Shown: piece by piece, positions 57,920-64,000 of the stretch
How the letters are laid out: every line of letters begins with the position of its first letter
Numbering within the stretch: position 1 is the first letter of the stretch
Assembly (NCBI GenBank): GCA_024238995.1
Contig: JANBVL010000002.1
Location: 14,414 to 78,413, forward strand
Length of the DNA: 64,000 bases
From: Patescibacteria group bacterium
GTDB lineage: Bacteria; Patescibacteriota; Minisyncoccia; Minisyncoccales; JANBVM01
Direction of reading: 5' to 3'
Position numbers and translations under genes: made by a program
The notes under the pieces: generated by a model
The model's input: only the letters and a program-made list of their open reading frames with translations
Told to the model about the DNA's origin: nothing
The model's database searches: none

Positions 57920-58855
57920 ATGGAAGAAAACAAAACAATATATATCACTGGACATAAACAACCAGACACTGATAGTATTTGCGCGTCTGTTGCTTATTCT
58001 AATTATTTAAAACAAAAAGGCAGAAATACTGTTGCAGTTAGAACTGGCGATATTAATCCTGAAACAAAATATGTTTTAGATTATTTTGAGGTTAACGCTC
58101 CAGAACTTTTAACTGATGTAATTGGGAAAAAGATAATTCTTCTTGACCATAATGAAAAAATCCAAAGCCCTGACAATATAGATAAAGCTAAAGTTATAGA
58201 AGTGATTGACCATCATAAAATTGATTTTAAATCTACAAACCCAATTTATTTTCACAATGAACCAATTGGCTCTACTTCAACAATAATCGCTAAAAAATAC
58301 TTTAATGATAAAGAGGTTAATTTAGATAAAAAAACAGCTGGCTTGCTGCTTTCAGGAGTGCTTTCTGACACTGTAATATTTAAATCCCCAACTTCAACAG
58401 ATGAAGATAAAGAAATTGCAGAGAAATTAGCTGGAATTGCTGGAATTAAAAATATCCAAGATTTTGGAATTAAAATGAAAAAATCAAAGGCAAGTTTAAA
58501 AGGATTAACGACTGAGCAAATCATATCATCTGATTTTAAAATATATGAATTTGGAAAAATTAAAATAGGAGGAGGCCAGGTTGAAGTGACCGAATTAGAT
58601 GAAGTCAATGAAAAAAAGCAAGAACTTCTTGAAAAATTAAAAGAATTAGCACAAAAAGAAAATTATGATCTGATAATGCTGCTTGCAACAAACATTATTA
58701 AACAGGATTCATTACTTTTATTCTGGGAAAAAGAAAATTATATTGAAAAAGCTTTTAATAAAAAACCTGAGAATAATACCTTATATCTTGAAGGTGTAAT
58801 GTCTCGGAAAAAACAAATAATTCCTCCTTTAGCAAAGCTATTTTCAGGGAATTAA
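57920..58855 (+). CDS. ppaC: family II (DHH/DHHA2, Mn-dependent) inorganic pyrophosphatase
   Basis: IYITGHKQPDTDSICASVAYSNYL, LLDHNE and DHHKI motifs in a 311-aa protein. Confidence 0.75.
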   Translation: MEENKTIYITGHKQPDTDSICASVAYSNYLKQKGRNTVAVRTGDINPETKYVLDYFEVNAPELLTDVIGKKIILLDHNEKIQSPDNIDKAKVIEVIDHHKIDFKSTNPIYFHNEPIGSTSTIIAKKYFNDKEVNLDKKTAGLLLSGVLSDTVIFKSPTSTDEDKEIAEKLAGIAGIKNIQDFGIKMKKSKASLKGLTTEQIISSDFKIYEFGKIKIGGGQVEVTELDEVNEKKQELLEKLKELAQKENYDLIMLLATNIIKQDSLLLFWEKENYIEKAFNKKPENNTLYLEGVMSRKKQIIPPLAKLFSGN

Positions 58856-58886
58856 TGGTAATAAGGAATAAACCTGTTAAGTTTAA

Positions 58887-61454
58887 TTACCCACTTTTTA
58901 GTCGCAAAGAATTAAGAATTACTGAAATAGAGGAAAAAGCCATGGCAGCAGCAGCAAAAATAGGATTAAGCAGGATTCCAAAAAAAGGATATAAAACTCC
59001 AGCTGCTACTGGCACAAGGCTGCTGTTGTAAAAAAATGCCCAAAAAAGATTTTGCTTAACAATTTTCATTATTCGGCGAGAAAACCTTATTATTTCAGGT
59101 ATTAACATTAAATCTCCTCTCATTAAAGTAATATTAGCTGATTCCATTGCCACATCTGTTCCTTCACCCATAGCAATTCCCAAATCAGATTGAGCTAAAG
59201 CTGGAGCATCATTAATGCCATCACCCACCATAGCTACTTTTTTCCCTTGTTTTTGAAGTTCTTGAATTTTAGCCACTTTATTTTGAGGCAGCACTTGAGC
59301 CATTATATTTTCTATGCCAACTTGTCTGGCAATAGCTCTTGCAGTTTTCTGGTTGTCACCAGTAATCATCCATATTTCAAGACCTGACTTTTTCAGGATT
59401 TCTATGGTTTTCTTTGATTCCTTTTTTAAAATATCAGCAACAGCAATCAAGCCAACAGCTTCCCATTGCTGTTGAGCTTTTCGGGCTAAAATCATCACTG
59501 TTTTTCCTTCGCTTTCTAATTTTTCCATTGTTTGTTCTGTGTTTGAAATATTTATCTGCAAAAATTTCATTAATTCTCGATTGCCTAAAGCTACGCTAAC
59601 TTTTTTATTCTCAATTTCAAGATTCCCTTTTATCCCCTTGCCAGGAACTGCTTGAAAATCAGAAACTGCAAATAAGTCGAGGTTCCCAGAAATCGCCTCT
59701 TGTTGTATAGCTGTATCTAAAGAATGACTTGATCTCTGGCCCAAACTAGCGGCTTTTTGAATTATTGCTCGCCCTAAAACATGCTCTGATCTTTGTTCAA
59801 TGCTGGCAGCTATTTTTAAAACTTTATTTTCCAAAGCCTGAAGCTCTACAATATCTGTAACAACTGGCCTTCCTTGAGTTAAAGTTCCAGTTTTATCTAA
59901 AACAATAGTATCAATTTTATGAGCAATTTCTAAAGATGCTGCATCTCTTACTAAAATACCTTTTTCAGCAGACTTACCCATTCCAACCATCATTGCCATT
60001 GGTGTAGCCAAACCTAAAGCGCAAGGGCAAGCAATAATTAAAACTGCTACAAAATTAACTAAAGCAAAAGTAAAGGCTGGATCAGGCCCCCAAATCATCC
60101 AGACAGTAAAGGTCAAAATAGCAATGAAAATTATGACTGGCACAAAATAACTTGAAATTACATCAGCCAAACGTTGAATAGGGGCTTTTGATCCTTGAGC
60201 CTGTTCAACCATTTTAATAATCTGAGCCAACATTGTCTCTTCGCCTATTTTTATTGCTTTAAATTTAAAAGAGCCTGTTTGATTAATTGTTGCTCCAATA
60301 ACTCTATCACCTGCTTTCTTAGAAACGGGCATGCTTTCACCAGTAACCATTGACTCATCAACTCCAGAAAAACCATCAATAATCTCTCCGTCAACTGGAA
60401 TCTTTTCTCCTGGCCTAATAATAATGATCTCACCAATCTTAACCTCTTCAATAGGAATTTCTTTAACTTCGCCATCTCTTTCAACTCGGGCGATTTTCGG
60501 AGACAGCTTCATTAATTTTTTAATGGCTTCTGAAGCCCTGCCTTTTGCTAAAAGCTCCAAATATCTTCCGAATAAAATCAAGGTAATAATAATGGCTGCT
60601 GTATCAAAATAAACCTTAGGGACAATCCCTCCTATTTCAAAAAATTGAGGAAAAACAGTAACAGCTGCGCTATAACTAAAAGCAGCTAAAGTGCCAATAG
60701 CAATTAGAGTATTCATATCAGCTGTTCTGTATTTGAAAAGAAGTTTTAATCCAGCATAAAATCTTGAGCCAACCCAGAATTGAACCGGTATGGCTAAAAT
60801 CAAAAGCAGCCAATAATTTGATAAACTTTCTACTAAAATTTTTGGCAAAAACGAAAGCCATTCAGGAAAGCTTCCAAAAAAAATAATAAAAGACAAAAAT
60901 CCTCCCACTAAGAACTTTTTTTTAAGTAAAGAAAGTTCTTTTTCTCTTTCTTGTTTTTCTTTTTCTAAAACATCTCGGGTTTCTGAAGTTTCCCTAACTG
61001 CTTCATATCCTACGTCATCAATCACTTTTTCAATCTGTTCGTTAGTTACTTTCTTTGAATCAAAAACCACCTTAGCTCGACTATTATTAAAATCAACATC
61101 AATTTTCTCAATGCCAGGCAAAGTTTTTATTGCTTTTTCAACAATCATGGCGCAGTGAGGCGAATCCATGCCAATAACTCTTAAAGCTAAAAATTCCTTA
61201 CCCTCCATATCCTTGGCAGGAGAAAGCTTGTCCATTCTCTTTTCAGAAATCAGTAAACGATAACCTACTTCTTTAACCGCTTTTTCCAAATCTAAAACAC
61301 CAACCTTGTGTTCGTTAAACTCAACTAGCAAAGTTTCAGCTGCAAAATTAATCTGAGCCGAACTTACGCCGAGCAATTTTAAAACTGCCCGTTCAATCGT
61401 TCTGGCGCAAGAAGCGCAATGCATTCCTTTAATTTTAAAAATTTCTTTTTTCAT
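58887..61454 (-). CDS. copA: copper-translocating P1B-type ATPase with two N-terminal HMA domains
   Basis: [12 protein letters not shown] and [12 protein letters not shown] (CxxC HMA motifs), CPC in TM6 ([11 protein letters not shown]), DKTGTLT, and GDGINDAP. Confidence 0.9.
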   Translation of the reverse strand: MKKEIFKIKGMHCASCARTIERAVLKLLGVSSAQINFAAETLLVEFNEHKVGVLDLEKAVKEVGYRLLISEKRMDKLSPAKDMEGKEFLALRVIGMDSPHCAMIVEKAIKTLPGIEKIDVDFNNSRAKVVFDSKKVTNEQIEKVIDDVGYEAVRETSETRDVLEKEKQEREKELSLLKKKFLVGGFLSFIIFFGSFPEWLSFLPKILVESLSNYWLLLILAIPVQFWVGSRFYAGLKLLFKYRTADMNTLIAIGTLAAFSYSAAVTVFPQFFEIGGIVPKVYFDTAAIIITLILFGRYLELLAKGRASEAIKKLMKLSPKIARVERDGEVKEIPIEEVKIGEIIIIRPGEKIPVDGEIIDGFSGVDESMVTGESMPVSKKAGDRVIGATINQTGSFKFKAIKIGEETMLAQIIKMVEQAQGSKAPIQRLADVISSYFVPVIIFIAILTFTVWMIWGPDPAFTFALVNFVAVLIIACPCALGLATPMAMMVGMGKSAEKGILVRDAASLEIAHKIDTIVLDKTGTLTQGRPVVTDIVELQALENKVLKIAASIEQRSEHVLGRAIIQKAASLGQRSSHSLDTAIQQEAISGNLDLFAVSDFQAVPGKGIKGNLEIENKKVSVALGNRELMKFLQINISNTEQTMEKLESEGKTVMILARKAQQQWEAVGLIAVADILKKESKKTIEILKKSGLEIWMITGDNQKTARAIARQVGIENIMAQVLPQNKVAKIQELQKQGKKVAMVGDGINDAPALAQSDLGIAMGEGTDVAMESANITLMRGDLMLIPEIIRFSRRIMKIVKQNLFWAFFYNSSLVPVAAGVLYPFFGILLNPIFAAAAMAFSSISVILNSLRLKSG

Positions 61455-61476
61455 AATAAATATTTTAAACCTTTTT

Positions 61477-62421
61477 TTATTTTAATTTCCAACTAAATAT
61501 TCTTTTTGAAAAATCTTCTATAGTAAGCTTTATTTCTTTTGTTTGACTATCTAGAGCAGGAAAGAAAAGAATTCCTGAACGATGATGTCCTCCTGACGGC
61601 GAACCTTCCCACTTTAAGGGCTGGAATTTATTACCCTTATCATCTTCAAGTATTGAAATTTCAGTCATATCAAACTCTAAAGAAACGGAATGAGTATTAA
61701 TCTCTACTTCAAAGCTAACAGGATTATCAAAATTAAAATCTAAAGGAGTCACGCTAAAAGAAACTTCGTTCTGATTATTTGTTTGATTTGATAAGGGAAT
61801 TATTTCTAATTGAGATTCTTCACTCTGTATTGTGCTAGAAATATCTGCTTTTAAATTGCCTGATTGATTATTTATCATTAAAAAGGTTATTAAAAATAAG
61901 ACGAAAGATAATCCAATGGCTTTCTTTTTCAATTCACCCATATCAAAAATTAATATTTTTTTGAACAACTCTCCAGCTAAATCATTCTTCTGGATAACTT
62001 CTAACATTATAATAATACCAATAAAATTTGAAAGAATCCCAATAATTATAAACAGCAATTGATATTGAACCAGAAAAACAGCTGCAGCTGTTAACCCCAT
62101 TAAAGGTAAAATATCAGCCAGATGATGTAAACAACAAGCAATCATCGAGCCAGTAGAAATACCGCCTGAGGCAGTTATAGCCACTGTTGAGCTTTTGACT
62201 TGTTTTGAACGAATTCTCTCTTTAATAAAGAAATAAAGTCCTGCTTGCAGACCAAAGCCAGCCACTAAAAGCAAAATCCAATACCACATCTGGCTAAACT
62301 GCGAGACAGCATGGGAAAAAGAATTAGCTAACGAAAGGACAGCAAAATAAAAAGCTAACAAAGCCAAGCTGGCTGTTGTTCCTATAATGATAAATTTTTT
62401 ATTTGTTAAGTTTGAAGTCAT
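61477..62421 (-). CDS. hypothetical polytopic membrane protein with CC and HH motifs in a TM helix and a C-terminal soluble domain, 22 nt downstream of copA
   Basis: About 4-5 predicted TM helices, including the segment [15 protein letters not shown]. No family recognised. A copper-related role is inferred from linkage only. Confidence 0.35.
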   Translation of the reverse strand: MTSNLTNKKFIIIGTTASLALLAFYFAVLSLANSFSHAVSQFSQMWYWILLLVAGFGLQAGLYFFIKERIRSKQVKSSTVAITASGGISTGSMIACCLHHLADILPLMGLTAAAVFLVQYQLLFIIIGILSNFIGIIIMLEVIQKNDLAGELFKKILIFDMGELKKKAIGLSFVLFLITFLMINNQSGNLKADISSTIQSEESQLEIIPLSNQTNNQNEVSFSVTPLDFNFDNPVSFEVEINTHSVSLEFDMTEISILEDDKGNKFQPLKWEGSPSGGHHRSGILFFPALDSQTKEIKLTIEDFSKRIFSWKLK

Positions 62422-62524
62422 AATTTAGTTTGAAGAAATTAAATCTCATTCTCTCTTGCAGCAAGGGATCATTAAAAATAAGTGCTTACTACTATATTTA
62501 TTAATATTATAAGTTGATTTGTTA

Positions 62525-63556
62525 TTATAAATTAGCTAAATTTACATATTTTTTCTCTATATATTTAAAAATTGGTTTTGGATTGATAAATTTAGTAAAA
62601 CAAGCCATCCAAAAATTAGGAGCGGCAACAAACATTTTTTGTAATCCTGAAAGAAAAGTATAATATTTTCTGCGGCGCATCACGAATTCTCTGTACTCTT
62701 TTAAGCCTTCCTCTAAAGTCTCTTCTTTGTCTATAATCTTTTGAATAATCTTTCCACACTTTTCACCGAAATAAAATGACTGCCTAATTCCTTCTCCGCT
62801 TAAAGCCATGCACTGCCCAGCCGCATCCCCAACTATGAATATATTTTCAATTGTTGGTTCTCGAAATTTGTTTGGAAAAAAACCACCATGTAAGTCTTTG
62901 GTTATTTTCAAATCAAACTTTTTAAGAAAAGCATCTAATTCCTCCTTAATATTTGTCTCGCCGATATAACTTCCAACACCAAACCTTGAAAATTCATTGC
63001 AAGGAAAAATCCAAGCAACTCCTTTTGGCATCATTTTTGGATTAACCCAGATTTCAATAGCTTTGTTCTTATAAAGAGGCGTGGTCTCTAAACCAAAGCT
63101 TTTCCTCTCGCAGGGAATAAAGTCTTTTTTAATGGAATTTGCTAAAACTGCCTGCCAACCCGTAGCATCAACAATACATTCTGATTGAAAATTACCTTTT
63201 TCTGTCATTACAATAGTACCATCTTCTACACCATAAACTTTAGCTTGAAGAAATTGGACATTGCTTTTTTCATATAGGATCTGACAGAGTTTTTTATAAT
63301 CAAAAGTAGCAAAGGGATGTTTTAAACAATAAGTAATATCTTTTGAACCAATGTGTAAAATCACTGTATCAGTAATCTGAAGTATTGCTTTCTTGCAGTC
63401 TAATTTCTCCAAAATATGATAAAAAGTACAGCAGGTTGACTTTTGTTCACCCCCAATTTCTGCTTTCCTATCAATAAGCAAGATATTGCCTTTTAATTCT
63501 TTAGCTACAGCTAAACCAGCAAAACTAGCTCCAGCAATGATAGCATCGTATTTCAT
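62525..63556 (-). CDS. FAD-dependent oxidoreductase of the geranylgeranyl-reductase family
   Basis: N-terminal Rossmann motif (YDAIIAGASFAGLAVAKEL), LIDRK, and later GDAAG. Confidence 0.55.
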   Translation of the reverse strand: MKYDAIIAGASFAGLAVAKELKGNILLIDRKAEIGGEQKSTCCTFYHILEKLDCKKAILQITDTVILHIGSKDITYCLKHPFATFDYKKLCQILYEKSNVQFLQAKVYGVEDGTIVMTEKGNFQSECIVDATGWQAVLANSIKKDFIPCERKSFGLETTPLYKNKAIEIWVNPKMMPKGVAWIFPCNEFSRFGVGSYIGETNIKEELDAFLKKFDLKITKDLHGGFFPNKFREPTIENIFIVGDAAGQCMALSGEGIRQSFYFGEKCGKIIQKIIDKEETLEEGLKEYREFVMRRRKYYTFLSGLQKMFVAAPNFWMACFTKFINPKPIFKYIEKKYVNLANL

Positions 63557-63570
63557 TTATTAATGTTGAA

Positions 63571-63744
63571 TTAATGACAACGCCCTCCTCCTCCTGATTT
63601 TGATTGCTCTTTTACCAATTTCTTCCGATATTCTTCTCGGCAATCTTCGGAGCAGAATTTTTTGTTAAATCCTTTAGGATAATACTCCCCTTCTTTTAAT
63701 TGCATTTTGCAGACAGGACATTTTTTCTTGAAAAAATCAAACAT
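63571..63744 (-). CDS. 57-aa TRASH/YHS-like metal-binding zinc-ribbon protein, not in the ORF track
   Basis: Minus-strand translation is MFDFFKKKCPVCKMQLKEGEYYPKGFNKKFCSEDCREEYRKKLVKEQSKSGGGGRCH. CxxC-x17-CxxxC matches the TRASH-domain spacing. Confidence 0.5.
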   Translation of the reverse strand: MFDFFKKKCPVCKMQLKEGEYYPKGFNKKFCSEDCREEYRKKLVKEQSKSGGGGRCH

Positions 63745-63748
63745 ATTT

Positions 63749-63976
63749 TTATTCTCCTTTTAATTTTTTAATAAGCTTTTCTTTATCTAGTCCACCGGTT
63801 GAAAATAGTTCTCCATCAATAATAATACCAGGAGATGACATTATTCCATGCTTTTGAACTATTTCTTGGCCCCTAGCGCTTGCTATATCGATTTCTTCCA
63901 CCTCAACATTAGGAAAGTCTGGTATTATTTCGTCAAAAATCTTTTTGGCTGCAGCACAGTTATGACAACCAACCAT
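63749..63976 (-). CDS. small thioredoxin-fold protein (redox-active disulfide protein 2-like, CxxC)
   Basis: MVGCHNCAAAKKIF... in a 75-aa protein with the Trx fold pattern (...GIMSSPGIIIDGEL). Confidence 0.6.
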   Translation of the reverse strand: MVGCHNCAAAKKIFDEIIPDFPNVEVEEIDIASARGQEIVQKHGIMSSPGIIIDGELFSTGGLDKEKLIKKLKGE

Positions 63977-64000
63977 TGTTAAGAATTGAATTTTATGTGT

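Noticed and set aside
1-64000. Search for CRISPR arrays, restriction-modification, toxin-antitoxin or other defence islands
   Set aside because: No spaced direct-repeat arrays, Cas-like ORFs, methyltransferase or restriction motifs were seen. The window is almost entirely translation and housekeeping genes. The only tandem repeat (3x12 nt) is coding within rpsI.

Overview
Nearly every position of this 64-kb low-GC (~30% GC), gene-dense window is coding and syntenic with a tiny streamlined bacterial genome. It is most likely Candidate Phyla Radiation / Parcubacteria-like. Two observations are consistent with described CPR ribosome reduction: there is no rpmD (L30) between rpsE and rplO, and no rplA (L1) after rplK. 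Two further traits are notable: many ribosomal proteins and RpoA carry Lys-rich tails, and RpoA lacks a recognisable alpha-CTD.

The minus strand carries a fused str-S10-spc-alpha ribosomal superoperon. Its gene order is rpsL-rpsG-fusA-tuf-rpsJ-rplC-rplD-rplW-rplB-rpsS-rplV-rpsC-rplP-rpmC-rpsQ-rplN-rplX-rplE-rpsN-rpsH-rplF-rplR-rpsE-rplO-secY-adk-map. An ~8.5-kb non-ribosomal block then interrupts it, followed by infA-rpmJ-rpsM-rpsK-rpsD-rpoA-rplQ-rplM-rpsI. The block holds a GT2 glycosyltransferase, galT-like, tpiA, a DUF458-like protein, a short alaS, a 42-aa zinc-ribbon ORF, an FTR1 iron permease and two membrane proteins.

Other housekeeping content:
- Cell shape and envelope: two mreB paralogues, rseP.
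- Translation and aminoacylation: proS (archaeal type), frr, gatCA, gatB (unlinked to gatCA), pheST, three tRNAs (Asp-GUC and two CAU).
- Replication and transcription: holB, gyrB, secE-nusG-rplK.
- Nucleotide metabolism: dcd, tmk, deoC.
- Copper module: copA plus a TRASH-like mini-protein and a thioredoxin-like protein.
- Others: ppaC, an HD hydrolase, a ComEC-type MBL protein, rpmB (L28).

The most unusual items are these:
- A single-ORF MiaB-MiaA fusion.
- A Kazal-like Cys-rich protein.
- A riboswitch-like leader with mutually exclusive 11-12-bp helices upstream of a small secreted protein.
- An atypical tRNA(CAU).
- A long divergent adenylate-kinase paralogue.
- Three small zinc-ribbon ORFs that are absent from the ORF track.

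No CRISPR arrays, transposases, integrases or obvious defence systems were seen.
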